64,000 nt of DNA from the sequence record OX016465. One strand, written 5' to 3'. The notes beneath the pieces are model-generated. The model had not been told where the DNA came from. It did not search any database and saw nothing but the letters and a program-made list of their open reading frames with translations. The stretch is from Escherichia phage vB_Eco_Tribble. Positions 9,957-18,125 of this stretch are shown here, in pieces (within the stretch, counting starts at the first letter, position 1; every line of letters begins with the position of its first letter). The translations under genes and the position numbers were made by a program.

Positions 9957-10421
9957 TTACTTTGGGTATACACTGTCAAGATAAATGTCAGCTTCCATTC
10001 TACGTCTGTTTTTCAGTCCGTTTGAAGTGACCTTCTTACCTTTGACTGTAACCTTGTTCCACCACTGCATAGCTTCTGCACAACCCACCTTATTACCAGC
10101 ATTGTGGCGCTTGATAAATGTGGAATCCTGCATAGCTGTGATACCAATGTTGTATGTTTCACTTACAAGTGCGTCAAACTCATTCTGAGAAGTTGGAACA
10201 TTGACGGCTTTGTTCACTGCTGCAACAAACTTTTCAACATCTGCGAGAAGATACTGTTCAGCTTGTTCAGCGGTAATCTTCATACCCATCTTAACAGGTT
10301 TTCCGTCAATACGGATTGTCCCATACCCGATTGTTGGGATTCCGGCAGAATCTTCGTAAGCCTCTAACTCCAGACCTTCGAAGAACTTAATAGCATCTAA
10401 ACCTTTTCTTGAGAGTTGCAT
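9957..10421 (-). CDS. endolysin, GH24 T4-lysozyme-like muramidase
   Basis: N-terminal FEGLELEAYEDSAGIPTIGYG matches the catalytic Glu/Asp/Thr region of phage lysozymes; 154 aa. Confidence 0.85.
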   Translation of the reverse strand: MQLSRKGLDAIKFFEGLELEAYEDSAGIPTIGYGTIRIDGKPVKMGMKITAEQAEQYLLADVEKFVAAVNKAVNVPTSQNEFDALVSETYNIGITAMQDSTFIKRHNAGNKVGCAEAMQWWNKVTVKGKKVTSNGLKNRRRMEADIYLDSVYPK

Positions 10422-11554
10422 TACGCCTCCCCTGCTGGGTTAACTGTAACTGTTGCTGCATTAGATGTTACAGAGCCACCTGCACCAGTAACTACACAGG
10501 TGTAGCTTCCTGCATCAGCAGCGGTCGCACCTTCTTTGGTGTAAGTTGCAGTAGTTGCATCGAGGATGTCTTCCTCACCTTTCTTCCACTGGTAACCTGT
10601 CGCACCTGTTGCCACAACATTCAGCGTTAAGGTCTCACCTTCATTGATTTCTTGATTGGTTGGCTGTTGAGTAATTACTGGAAGTGCGTTCACAGTTACT
10701 ACAGCAGCATTAGATGTCACTGCACCACCCGCACCTGTTACAACGCAAGTATATGAGCCTGCATCTACTGGCAGAGCACCAGACTTGCTATAGGTAGCAT
10801 TTGTAGCTGAAGGAATGTCAGAGCCATCTTTCTTCCACTGGTAACCTGTCGCACCTGTTGCAGTCACTTCCAAGTTAATGCTTCCACCCTCATTGACAGT
10901 CTGACCAGAAGGCTGCTGTGTAATCACAGGCAGTGCATTAACAGCAACTGTTGCCGCATCTGAGGTAACACTTGTTCCAGCCTCTCCAGATACAACACAA
11001 GTGTATGAGCCAGCATCAGAAGGTACTACGGACTGTTTTGTATAAGTTGCAGAGGTGGCACTAGGAATATCCTCTCCATCCTTTTTCCATTGATATCCAG
11101 TGGCATTCGTTGCAATAACACTTAGGGTAAGCGTACCACCTTCATTTACTGTTTGATTGGTTGGTTGCTGAGTGATTGCTGGTGGCTTGATAGCATCCTT
11201 CAACTTAGCATTCAACATTGAGAATGGTTTAACTCTTGCCAGCCATTCACAATAAATTGTGTCAACGTCTTTACCATTGATAATTGCATATTGTAAGTCC
11301 ATGAAGAAGTCAGAAGTTCTCATTTGAGCACCAATGCTGTAAAGCAACTCATCACTAAATGGAACTTTGTAGTCTGGTTTGTAGTCAAACTCATTGACTT
11401 CTGCAATATCAGCTTCAGGCCAATACGAACTGTAGGTAAGCGGTAAAATAGCCTCTTGATATGTTCTAAAATCATATCTCTTACCAGCCTTTACGTTTGC
11501 AATGAAGCCCTTCACAAACTCTTTGAAGTCTGGGTAAGTCTTTGCTTTAATCAT
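10421..11554 (-). CDS. protein with N-terminal domain paralogous to the next gene plus three tandem Ig-like repeats
   Basis: three ~90 aa repeats (NALPVITQQP..NEGG..L.V.ATGATGYQWKK.G.DI..AT.ATY.K....DAGSYTCVV.G..G.VTS.AA.V.V); N-terminal 120 aa aligns with ORF 11551-11922 (shared FxMDLQYxI). Confidence 0.65.
   Translation of the reverse strand: MIKAKTYPDFKEFVKGFIANVKAGKRYDFRTYQEAILPLTYSSYWPEADIAEVNEFDYKPDYKVPFSDELLYSIGAQMRTSDFFMDLQYAIINGKDVDTIYCEWLARVKPFSMLNAKLKDAIKPPAITQQPTNQTVNEGGTLTLSVIATNATGYQWKKDGEDIPSATSATYTKQSVVPSDAGSYTCVVSGEAGTSVTSDAATVAVNALPVITQQPSGQTVNEGGSINLEVTATGATGYQWKKDGSDIPSATNATYSKSGALPVDAGSYTCVVTGAGGAVTSNAAVVTVNALPVITQQPTNQEINEGETLTLNVVATGATGYQWKKGEEDILDATTATYTKEGATAADAGSYTCVVTGAGGSVTSNAATVTVNPAGEA
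10435..11190 (-). repeat. three tandem ~280 bp coding repeats (Ig-like domains)
   Basis: periodic protein repeats in ORF 10421-11554. Confidence 0.6.
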
Positions 11555-11922
11555 TTCTTTTTAGCCTCTAAATGTGCGTTTAGTCTAAAATAACCTTTGT
11601 GATGCGGAGATACGTCACCAACAACAATACCTTTAACCTTATAACCTTTACCAATTACATACTGGATATCCATAAGGAATCTTCCAAGACCAACAATATG
11701 GAACATTGGATATAATAGATTCTCAGAGTCTGGAATATTGATTTCGGGTTTGTAGGTACGATGTTCGATTGTTGGTGTAATATCTTCTTCAGGCCATTTG
11801 CTGAGTCTCCATGTCAAATGTGTTGGGATAACATCATTAAGGCTGTACCTTTCACCATTTTGCACGGAATTGACATAGGATTGTAGGAAGCAATAAAAGT
11901 CTTTTGCACTCTTAGCTTTCAT
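11551..11922 (-). CDS. hypothetical protein, paralog of the N-terminal domain of 10421-11554 (123 aa)
   Basis: ORF track; shared motifs with the adjacent gene. Confidence 0.6.
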   Translation of the reverse strand: MKAKSAKDFYCFLQSYVNSVQNGERYSLNDVIPTHLTWRLSKWPEEDITPTIEHRTYKPEINIPDSENLLYPMFHIVGLGRFLMDIQYVIGKGYKVKGIVVGDVSPHHKGYFRLNAHLEAKKK

Positions 11923-11969
11923 TAAATATCCTTATAAATAGTTAAAGGGGCATCAGCCCCTATTCACAC

Positions 11970-12560
11970 TTAAGCTTTGGTCTTAAGTAGGTTCTTAAGT
12001 TTTTTAAGATTCATACTCTCATCAAACTTAAAACCAAATCCATTGACATAATCAATGAACTCGGATTTCTTACTAAGTGACAATGCGTAACTCATATCAA
12101 AGTTCTTACTTGTTTCTGCGTCTGGACTAGAGTTCACATCAAATGAAATTTCCGTAGGCTCTTGCTTACTTTTTCTCATATTATCAACCAACAAACATGT
12201 ATAATTTGCTGGATAGAAGTTTACACTACCATCAACGTAGCTGTACTTATTATTATGGATAAGGTTTGAAAATACCTTAAGGAATGTTTCTGAGTCGTGG
12301 CAAACAAGTTTGAATTGGCTGCTCTCTCCAAGCGCAACTAATGAGTACGGACTTTCACTATCAAAGTCATAATTTGGATTCGATGCCGTCACTGTTACAC
12401 GCATCAAGTTATTAGCAATAGTTTTCTGTTTAAAAGAATTTTGAACATAGTGAAGACCTCTTTCACACTGGTTTACTAGCTCTTTAAGTAGGTCATTTGC
12501 ATATGGTGAATTAATTGATACAGAGCCATCACTATTGTAATTAAAACTTACTGTTAACAT
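11970..12560 (-). CDS. hypothetical protein (196 aa)
   Basis: ORF track. Confidence 0.55.
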   Translation of the reverse strand: MLTVSFNYNSDGSVSINSPYANDLLKELVNQCERGLHYVQNSFKQKTIANNLMRVTVTASNPNYDFDSESPYSLVALGESSQFKLVCHDSETFLKVFSNLIHNNKYSYVDGSVNFYPANYTCLLVDNMRKSKQEPTEISFDVNSSPDAETSKNFDMSYALSLSKKSEFIDYVNGFGFKFDESMNLKKLKNLLKTKA

Positions 12561-12787
12561 TTTTCAGTTCTCCTGCGGTTTATAATTTTGCTGCAATAGA
12601 GAAACGAAGTAAACTCACTGGAAGAAACCATTAAGTGTTGTTCACTAGATTGAGCCATTGCCCTGAAATACATTCCAGTCAAAGCATCATAGTGACTATT
12701 CTTTCCAATTGAGGTTATATAGCCATGACTCTTTGCAGTTTGATATAAATCTATAATATCTGCGATTTCTAATTGGGAACTACACAT
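12554..12787 (-). CDS. hypothetical protein (77 aa)
   Basis: ORF track. Confidence 0.45.
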   Translation of the reverse strand: MCSSQLEIADIIDLYQTAKSHGYITSIGKNSHYDALTGMYFRAMAQSSEQHLMVSSSEFTSFLYCSKIINRRRTEKC

Positions 12788-12951
12788 AGATAATCCTCTT
12801 GTCTTCTGTAATTTTGAAAGAACAGGTACAGACCAATTTCAGAGGACGAATAGTAGATTAATTCTACCCTTTTTGATTCCTTACAGTGATTGGTATTCTT
12901 ACCTTTCTTCGGTTTATTTGATTTTCTCATTAAGTCTCCTTTGTAGAACAA
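12769..12951 (-). CDS. hypothetical basic protein (60 aa)
   Basis: ORF track. Confidence 0.4.
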   Translation of the reverse strand: MFYKGDLMRKSNKPKKGKNTNHCKESKRVELIYYSSSEIGLYLFFQNYRRQEDYLCVVPN

Positions 12952-13029
12952 GGCAGACCTACAGCTTTAAGTAAGATGGTACAGTAATCCATACAACAAG
13001 TCAAGAACTATTGCAAGTTAAAAAAGTTG

Positions 13030-13058
13030 TTGACAAAGTACTTGACAAGGTGTAGGCT
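13030..13058 (+). promoter_or_regulatory. sigma70-like promoter with tandem TTGACA motif
   Basis: aaaaaGTTGTTGACAaagtaCTTGACAAGGTGT; -35 TTGACA 13030-13035, candidate -10 TAGGCT after a 17 nt spacer; near-identical element at 55709-55738. Confidence 0.45.
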
Positions 13059-13179
13059 TATAAATACTTAGAAGATAACTTAAAAGGTTCCTCTAAAAAG
13101 GCTATTTAAACAGATATCTTTCTGGATATCTATCTTTTATCTTAAAAGCCTTTTAAGAGGTCTTATAAGAGGCATACCA

Positions 13180-13551
13180 ATGAAAAACAGAACAAACAAA
13201 GGCCAGTTTAAAAAAGGCCAATCTGGAAACCCATCTGGAAGACCAAAAGGCTCTCGTAACAAAAGCTCACTTGTAAAAGCTCAACTGACCATTGATAATT
13301 CTGCTGAGTTTGCTGCAAAGTTGTTTGAGGCGATTGTTACAAGGGACGCTGCTAAGCTTGCAGAGTTCGGGTTAAACACAGACGACGTAACCATCAAGAG
13401 CATGATTGAGGTAGGTAAAACTATCTTTACTCACTCAGCAGGTGAGATGAAAGCACTTGCAGCAGACACTAAGAAGACTCCTGATAATGGTGGTCAACAA
13501 CAGACAGATAACAAACCAACGTTCTCTGCTGTTGCAACCCTCAAAAAATAA
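13180..13551 (+). CDS. hypothetical protein with basic Gly/Pro/Arg/Lys-rich N-terminus (123 aa)
   Basis: ORF track; KGQSGNPSGRPKGSRNK motif. Confidence 0.6.
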   Translation: MKNRTNKGQFKKGQSGNPSGRPKGSRNKSSLVKAQLTIDNSAEFAAKLFEAIVTRDAAKLAEFGLNTDDVTIKSMIEVGKTIFTHSAGEMKALAADTKKTPDNGGQQQTDNKPTFSAVATLKK

Positions 13552-13563
13552 TTTTAAAAGGTG

Positions 13564-13599
13564 TTGACAGACTCTACAAAGTTGCTCTAAAGTCTGTCA
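13564..13599 (+). promoter_or_regulatory. sigma70-like promoter overlapped by a 9 bp inverted repeat (candidate operator)
   Basis: TTGACA 13564-13569; TGACAGACT-N-AGTCTGTCA palindrome spanning the spacer and -10 region; 35 nt upstream of ATG 13633. Confidence 0.45.
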
Positions 13600-13632
13600 C
13601 ATCAACAAACAAATGAGAGAAGAGAGTAAAAT

Positions 13633-15048
13633 ATGAGCGAATTATTTAAACATGCGCACCTTCATGCAGGTCGAACTGAAAATGGTGCTGTAAACCATAC
13701 TTCATCAATGTCTGCTCTTGTAGACTTTTACAAAGCTGCTGGTTCAAGCCGTAGCAACGTAGAAATCTTACCAGACCTGTTCTACAAAGCTTTGCGTGAG
13801 GATGTTGATGTTGCAGTTCGTATTTTGCTTCATATGCGAGATGTACGAGAAGGTATGGGTGAGCGTAAAGCCTTCAGAACTGTTTTGCTTCAAGCAATTG
13901 AAGACAAAGTTTTAGAGTCTACGCAGGTTCTTCGCATTATGGATAAGATTGCAGAACTTGGTCGTTTTGATGACTTCAAAATCTTCGTAGGTACTCGTTT
14001 CGAGACAGATGCCTTCAAACATTTAGAAGCAGCATTACTAGACCCTGCAACAGCAGGTTTGGCGGCTAAGTGGTTACCACGAGTCAAACCACGTCATAAG
14101 CAGTTTGTAAAACGTTTCTGCAAGTTTGCCAACTTGAGTGAGAAAGAGTACCGCACACTGTTGTCTGCACTATCTGATACAGTTGAGCAAAAAATCTCTG
14201 CTAATGAGTTTGGTAAGATTGACTACAGTAAGATTCCTTCACTTGCTGCTGCACGTTACCAAAAACTGTTTAACCGTAAAGATGGAGAGCGTTACAAAGC
14301 TTACATCGAGTCCTTATCAAAAGGTGAGACTAAGATTAACGCTGGTGCTGTTTACCCATACGATGTGATTAAATCTGTCAAGTATGGTAATGCAGATGTT
14401 GCTAATGAGCAGTGGAAAGCACTACCAAACTGGATGGCAGAAGGTGAAAACATCTTGTGTATGTCTGATGTATCAAGTTCAATGTCTTGGGTGAATTTTG
14501 GCTCCATTACTGCTCTGGATATTGGTGTATCACTTGCCTTGTATGTAGCAGAACGCAATACAGGTTGCTTTAAGAATGAGTTAATGGTTTATTCAACAAA
14601 CCCTCACTTCATCGAACTGAGTGGTGATTTACGAAACCGTCATCGTCAGGTGATGCGACACGTTGAATATGGCTCAACTAACTTACAAGCAGCTTTTGAC
14701 CGCATTCTTGAAACAGGTAAAAGAAACAACTTGACTCAGAAAGATATGCCAAGTAAGCTTATCATCTTCTCCGATATGGAGTTCAATCAGGTTGATGGAG
14801 CTAACGGTCGTACAAACTTTGAAGCAATTCAGAGTAAGTACAAAAAAGCTGGATATGAGATGCCACAACTGGTATTCTGGTACTTAGCAAACCGTAATGG
14901 TACTTGCGAAGTATCTGTTAAGGATAACGGTGTAGCAATGGTATCAGGGTTCTCTCCAGCCACTTTAAAAGCTCTGCTTGGTGGTGAGAAGTTTGACCCA
15001 ATCAGTGTAATGCTCAAAGCAGTAATGATTGACCGTTATATCTGGTAA
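13633..15048 (+). CDS. vWA-domain protein with DUF2828-like N-terminal region (471 aa)
   Basis: MIDAS-like DVSSSMS at about residue 280 and downstream FSDMEF; N-terminal TENGA..ALVDFYKAAG recalled as the DUF2828 signature; no canonical Ro60 TROVE motif seen. Confidence 0.6.
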   Translation: MSELFKHAHLHAGRTENGAVNHTSSMSALVDFYKAAGSSRSNVEILPDLFYKALREDVDVAVRILLHMRDVREGMGERKAFRTVLLQAIEDKVLESTQVLRIMDKIAELGRFDDFKIFVGTRFETDAFKHLEAALLDPATAGLAAKWLPRVKPRHKQFVKRFCKFANLSEKEYRTLLSALSDTVEQKISANEFGKIDYSKIPSLAAARYQKLFNRKDGERYKAYIESLSKGETKINAGAVYPYDVIKSVKYGNADVANEQWKALPNWMAEGENILCMSDVSSSMSWVNFGSITALDIGVSLALYVAERNTGCFKNELMVYSTNPHFIELSGDLRNRHRQVMRHVEYGSTNLQAAFDRILETGKRNNLTQKDMPSKLIIFSDMEFNQVDGANGRTNFEAIQSKYKKAGYEMPQLVFWYLANRNGTCEVSVKDNGVAMVSGFSPATLKALLGGEKFDPISVMLKAVMIDRYIW

Positions 15049-15066
15049 AAAGTTTTAAAAAGGGTA

Positions 15067-15095
15067 TTGACAATGTGTTTAATACCCTTTAATAT
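15067..15095 (+). promoter_or_regulatory. sigma70-like promoter upstream of the tRNA array
   Basis: TTGACA 15067-15072, 17 nt spacer, TAATAT 15090-15095; flanked by inverted repeat AAGGGTATT / AATACCCTT. Confidence 0.6.
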
Positions 15096-15157
15096 GTTCT
15101 ACATAGAAGCGAAATGAGAGCTTTTCTAAGATACTGAAAAATATTTTAAAAAAGTTC

Positions 15158-15187
15158 TTGACAACCACTAAAAAATAATGTTAAAGT
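15158..15187 (+). promoter_or_regulatory. second sigma70-like promoter upstream of the tRNA array
   Basis: TTGACA 15158-15163, 18 nt spacer, TAAAGT; inverted repeat ACCACT / AGTGGT. Confidence 0.45.
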
Positions 15188-15213
15188 GGTTACATAGAGT
15201 TTGAAAAGTTTAT

Positions 15214-15290
15214 CTCTGTTTAGCTCAGATTGGTAGAGCGTTCCGTTTGGGGCGGTAAGGCCGGAGGTTCAAGTCCTCCAACAGAGACCA
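15214..15290 (+). tRNA. tRNA-Pro (anticodon TGG)
   Basis: manual fold: acceptor CTCTGTT/AACAGAG, D-arm GCTCagattggtaGAGC, T-arm GGAGGttcaagtCCTCC, CCA encoded. Confidence 0.8.
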
Positions 15291-15297
15291 AATTAAT

Positions 15298-15375
15298 GTT
15301 CCAGTAGACAAAATGGTATAGTCACCACTCTTTCAAAGTGGATATCTGAGGGTTCAAATCCCTTCTGGAACGCCA
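15298..15375 (+). tRNA. tRNA-Glu (anticodon TTC)
   Basis: manual fold: acceptor GTTCCAG/CTGGAAC, anticodon stem CCACT/AGTGG, loop cTTTCAa, T-loop TTCAAAT, CCA. Confidence 0.8.
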
Positions 15376-15382
15376 GTTTTGA

Positions 15383-15455
15383 CAGAAGACCAATTACAGC
15401 AAACTTAATCTTATTCATCTGAAGGTAAATCGGACAAAGAAGAGATTTGGTCTGG
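15383..15455 (+). other. conserved stem element E1 (candidate structured RNA or processing site)
   Basis: 5' CAGAAGACCaat..TTACAGCAA and 3' ttGGTCTGG; AGACCAA pairs with TTGGTCT. Confidence 0.35.
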
Positions 15456-15466
15456 TCATTAAGAAT

Positions 15467-15543
15467 TGCGGGTATAGAGAAAGGGCGTCTCACATGTCTC
15501 ATTAGCATGGTATCGGCAGGTTCGACTCCTGCACCCGCCTCCA
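15467..15543 (+). tRNA. tRNA-Met (anticodon CAT; initiator/elongator/Ile2 not resolved)
   Basis: acceptor with 1-72 mismatch, T-arm GCAGGttcgactCCTGC, anticodon loop CTCATTA, CCA. Confidence 0.6.
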
Positions 15544-15549
15544 ATTTTG

Positions 15550-15610
15550 CAGAAGACCGTATTCAGCAACAAAATACTTTTTTGCGGATAAAAGAAAAAA
15601 CACGGTCTGG
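15550..15610 (+). other. conserved stem element E2
   Basis: 5' CAGAAGACCgt..ATTCAGCAA, 3' acGGTCTGG; AGACCGT pairs with ACGGTCT (compensatory relative to E1). Confidence 0.35.
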
Positions 15611-15621
15611 CAATGTATTAA

Positions 15622-15698
15622 GGTTAGGAAGCACATAAGGTATGTGCGGTCGCCTGTTAAGCGAATGGCACAGGGTTCGAATCCCTGACTAACCGCCA
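15622..15698 (+). tRNA. tRNA-Asn (anticodon GTT)
   Basis: acceptor GGTTAGG/ACTAACC (one mismatch), anticodon loop CTGTTAA, T-arm CAGGGttcgaatCCCTG, CCA. Confidence 0.75.
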
Positions 15699-15705
15699 AA
15701 TTAAA

Positions 15706-15794
15706 TGTGTCGTTATCCCGTAGATGGTAGCGGTGGGGACTGTAAATCCCTTGTCATTGAGACTCGGTAGGTTCGACTCCTACACGGCACACCA
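15706..15794 (+). tRNA. tRNA-Tyr (anticodon GTA), long variable arm
   Basis: acceptor GTGTCGT/ACGGCAC, anticodon loop CTGTAAA, long variable arm, T-arm GTAGGttcgactCCTAC, CCA. Confidence 0.75.
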
Positions 15795-15799
15795 ATAAA

Positions 15800-15876
15800 G
15801 GCTATGTAGTTTAACTGGAGAAAATACTCCCCTGTCACGGGAGATGATGTGAGTTCAAGTCTCATCGTAGCCGCCA
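15800..15876 (+). tRNA. tRNA-Asp (anticodon GTC)
   Basis: acceptor GGCTATG/CGTAGCC, anticodon stem CTCCC/GGGAG, loop CTGTCAC, CCA. Confidence 0.8.
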
Positions 15877-15937
15877 ATTTTGAGAGGGCTATTTAGCCCC
15901 TCCCTTAAAGAGTTCTTACGAGTATTCTTTAAGGGAG

Positions 15938-16011
15938 CAGAAGACCAAATACAGCAAGAATGTATGAAATTTCAAGCCAATTTAATTTTGAAAATTTAAA
16001 ACTTGGTCTGG
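15938..16011 (+). other. conserved stem element E3
   Basis: 5' CAGAAGACCaaa..ATACAGCAA, 3' ttGGTCTGG; preceded by hairpins at 15881-15934 (CCCTTAAAG..CTTTAAGGG). Confidence 0.35.
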
Positions 16012-16024
16012 CTCAACAAATTTA

Positions 16025-16156
16025 CAGAAGGCCGTTTACAGCAAAACTTAAACAATCTATTTCTCCGGTACAGAAAAGGCGAAGGTTCGATTCCTTCACT
16101 CGGCAGATGTCGAGTTGGTGTAATGGTAGCACTTAAGATGATAAACAACGGTCTGG
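16025..16156 (+). other. conserved stem element E4 enclosing a tRNA-like mimic
   Basis: 5' CAGAAGGCCgtt..TTACAGCAA, 3' aacGGTCTGG (AGGCCGTT pairs with AACGGTCT including G-U); interior has a T-arm GAAGGttcgattCCTTC and an anticodon-arm-like hairpin TTTCT-ccggtac-AGAAA but no canonical D-arm, acceptor pairing or CCA. Confidence 0.4.
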
Positions 16157-16306
16157 TAATTACCTTTGTAGATAAGTTATTAAGCTTACTTGTGAGTATG
16201 CGACCACAAAGGGTGAATGGGTAAATTCTAGATTTAAACCCAAAAAAGGCACATCGCTACAGACCTTAAGCAAGTCTGGGTAGCTTATCTACAAAGATAA
16301 TTTAAT

Positions 16307-16382
16307 GGAAGTGTAGCAGAATGGTGATGCGGCAGACTTTTAATCTGACAGGCGATGGGTTCGAATCCCTCCACTTCTACCA
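16307..16382 (+). tRNA. tRNA-Lys (anticodon TTT)
   Basis: acceptor GGAAGTG/CACTTCT, anticodon loop CTTTTAA, T-loop TTCGAAT (T-stem only 3 G-C pairs), CCA. Confidence 0.65.
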
Positions 16383-16386
16383 ATAT

Positions 16387-16463
16387 GGTTCAGTCGCAGA
16401 TAAGGTAATGCAAGGGTCTCATAAGCCCTATGAATGTGGGTTCGATTCCCATCTGAACCTCCA
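16387..16463 (+). tRNA. tRNA-Met (anticodon CAT)
   Basis: acceptor GGTTCAG/CTGAACC, anticodon stem AGGGT/GCCCT with loop CTCATAA, T-loop TTCGATT, CCA. Confidence 0.7.
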
Positions 16464-16464
16464 A

Positions 16465-16540
16465 GCTGGTATAGTTAAGAAGGTTATAACACTCCCCTGA
16501 TAAGGGAACATCGGTGGTTCGATTCCACCTACCAGTACCA
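16465..16540 (+). tRNA. tRNA-Ile (anticodon GAT)
   Basis: acceptor GCTGGTA/TACCAGT, anticodon loop CTGATAA, T-arm GGTGGttcgattCCACC, CCA. Confidence 0.75.
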
Positions 16541-16555
16541 ATTTCAATAAAGTTG

Positions 16556-16584
16556 TTGACATTGAGATGTGACTACTTTATAGT
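16556..16584 (+). promoter_or_regulatory. sigma70-like promoter inside the tRNA island
   Basis: TTGACA 16556-16561, 17 nt spacer, TATAGT 16579-16584. Confidence 0.55.
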
Positions 16585-16787
16585 AACCTTAGTTTTCGTT
16601 GCGTAGCGTCTATTTTGCAAATTTAAAATAAATGCAAACGACAATGTTTTTCTGGCAGTAGCTTGATAGGCTAAACACCAGTGAGGTCTTCCAATCCCTC
16701 ATCAAAGAATTTGGCGTACTCGCCCACGGTATGATTAATAAGGTGGGCATCTTTAAGGGCTTTCTAAGAGAGTCTTTAAAGATAATG

Positions 16788-16864
16788 CACCCTTAGTTCA
16801 ATTGGATAGAGCAACGGTCTTCTAAATCGTTAGTTACAGGTTCGAATCCTGTAGGGTGTACCAA
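16788..16864 (+). tRNA. tRNA-Arg (anticodon TCT)
   Basis: acceptor GCACCCT/AGGGTGT, D-arm GTTCaattggataGAGC, anticodon loop CTTCTAA, T-arm ACAGGttcgaatCCTGT, CCA. Confidence 0.8.
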
Positions 16865-16964
16865 ATAGTTAGCAGATTACTTAGACGGCCTTAGCGGGTC
16901 TTCCTGTAGGGAGGTGGTCTGTATCTCATGTTTTCCAGAACATGTAAATAATCTGAGAAGAAGC

Positions 16965-16993
16965 TTGACAGTGTTGAGATAATACGGTAAGCT
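16965..16993 (+). promoter_or_regulatory. sigma70-like promoter inside the tRNA island
   Basis: TTGACA 16965-16970, 17 nt spacer, TAAGCT. Confidence 0.4.
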
Positions 16994-17005
16994 TCGAATT
17001 ATAGT

Positions 17006-17085
17006 ATGGGACGATGTTAAGACTCTAAGGCATGAGCAACGGCCTCCAAAACCGTTTCAAAGGGGTTCAACTCCTCCGTCCCATG
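17006..17085 (+). tRNA. tRNA-Trp-like (anticodon CCA), atypical extended D region, no encoded CCA
   Basis: acceptor ATGGGAC/GTCCCAT perfect, anticodon arm ACGGC-cTCCAaa-ACCGT, T-loop TTCAACT; about 7 extra nt between acceptor and anticodon stem. Confidence 0.45.
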
Positions 17086-17100
17086 CTAAAGATTGTTTCG

Positions 17101-17188
17101 GAGAGAGTGGCGGTCAACGGAGACCAACCAGCCTTGAAAACTGGTGCTGCTGGAAACGGTACGGGTTCAACTCCTGCACTCTCTGCCA
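17101..17188 (+). tRNA. tRNA-Ser (anticodon TGA), long variable arm
   Basis: acceptor AGAGAGT/ACTCTCT, anticodon loop CTTGAAA, long variable arm, T-loop TTCAACT, CCA. Confidence 0.7.
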
Positions 17189-17211
17189 AAATAATTTTTA
17201 AGGTGGTGATT

Positions 17212-17553
17212 ATGAAGAAAGGTTCAGTAGGTGAAATTGCTACACAATTAGCTTTCCTCAAAAGAGGTTATGAAGTATATTCACCAGCTACAGATAATGC
17301 AAAGTATGACTTTCTAGTTCACAAAGATGGTTTGATTGAAACTGTTGAGGTAAAATCAACATCAGTCAAAAGAGGTGAACTTTGGAGAGTGCAACTGAAA
17401 AGAGTTCGTTCTAACAAGAATGAAAATAGAATAATGAATTTTGATAACTCTCAAGTTGATTACTTAGCTGTTTACATTGAACCACTTGATAAAGTCGTCA
17501 TCTACAAAGCTAAAGATGTCAAGTCTAAGACTGAACTTAGCTTAAAGATTTAA
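17212..17553 (+). CDS. putative PD-(D/E)XK-type nuclease (about 113 aa)
   Basis: ORF track 17032-17553 trimmed to ATG 17212 (RBS AAGGTGG) because the upstream part overlaps two tRNAs; YDFLV...ETVEVKS resembles a D...E-x-K nuclease core. Confidence 0.45.
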   Translation: MKKGSVGEIATQLAFLKRGYEVYSPATDNAKYDFLVHKDGLIETVEVKSTSVKRGELWRVQLKRVRSNKNENRIMNFDNSQVDYLAVYIEPLDKVVIYKAKDVKSKTELSLKI

Positions 17554-17694
17554 AGCCAAGCTTCATTCGGATGTCGCTTTGGTATCCCTCGTGTATTGTC
17601 GTACACTGTCAAAGCACCTAGTAGGTGTCACGGAGAAGAGATAATATCAAGCTCTCCAAAGGTTCTAGTCACCGGATTAAACAAGACTATGCAA

Positions 17695-17714
17695 AGACCT
17701 ATTTAGGTCTTTTT
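17695..17714 (+). terminator. rho-independent terminator
   Basis: AGACCT-attt-AGGTCT followed by TTTT. Confidence 0.5.
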
Positions 17715-17795
17715 AGAGGGCTTCTAAGGTTATTAGTCGCTTGTTGTGGAACCTTGTTGCTCAGGTTCTTAGAAGTTCTCTAAAAAGATTTAATG

Positions 17796-17872
17796 CACCT
17801 ATAGCCCAACTGGTAGAGGCAGCAGACTTAGAATCTGCTCAGTGTGAGTTCGAATCTCTCTAGGTGTACCAA
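17796..17872 (+). tRNA. tRNA with anticodon TAG (nominally Leu) but short variable arm
   Basis: acceptor GCACCTA/TAGGTGT, anticodon arm GCAGA-cTTAGaa-TCTGC, 5 nt variable loop, T-loop TTCGAAT, discriminator A, CCA. Confidence 0.55.
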
Positions 17873-17879
17873 ATTAATG

Positions 17880-17955
17880 CAGGTGTAGCAAAATGGTTAT
17901 GCGGCTGACTCTTAATCAGTAAGACGATGGGTTCAATTCCCTCCACCTGTACCAA
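17880..17955 (+). tRNA. tRNA-Lys (anticodon CTT)
   Basis: acceptor GCAGGTG/CACCTGT, anticodon loop CTCTTAA, T-loop TTCAATT, CCA. Confidence 0.7.
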
Positions 17956-17961
17956 ACAATG

Positions 17962-18037
17962 GGGTCATAGTTTATATGGTTAAAATTCGAGTTTTGCAAA
18001 CTTGGGAACTGAGTTCAATTCTCAGTGACTCCACCAA
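17962..18037 (+). tRNA. tRNA-Ala (anticodon TGC)
   Basis: acceptor GGGGTCA/TGACTCC with G3-U70 (alanine identity pair), anticodon loop TTTGCAA, T-arm CTGAGttcaattCTCAG, CCA. Confidence 0.85.
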
Positions 18038-18043
18038 TTAGTG

Positions 18044-18118
18044 CATCCATAGTTTAAACGGGAAAATTACAGTCTTCCAAACTGAGGTTGAGGGTTCGAT
18101 TCCCTCTGGATGCTCCAA
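18044..18118 (+). tRNA. tRNA-Gly (anticodon TCC)
   Basis: acceptor GCATCCA/TGGATGC, anticodon loop CTTCCAA, T-arm GAGGGttcgattCCCTC, CCA. Confidence 0.8.
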
Positions 18119-18125
18119 ATTAATG

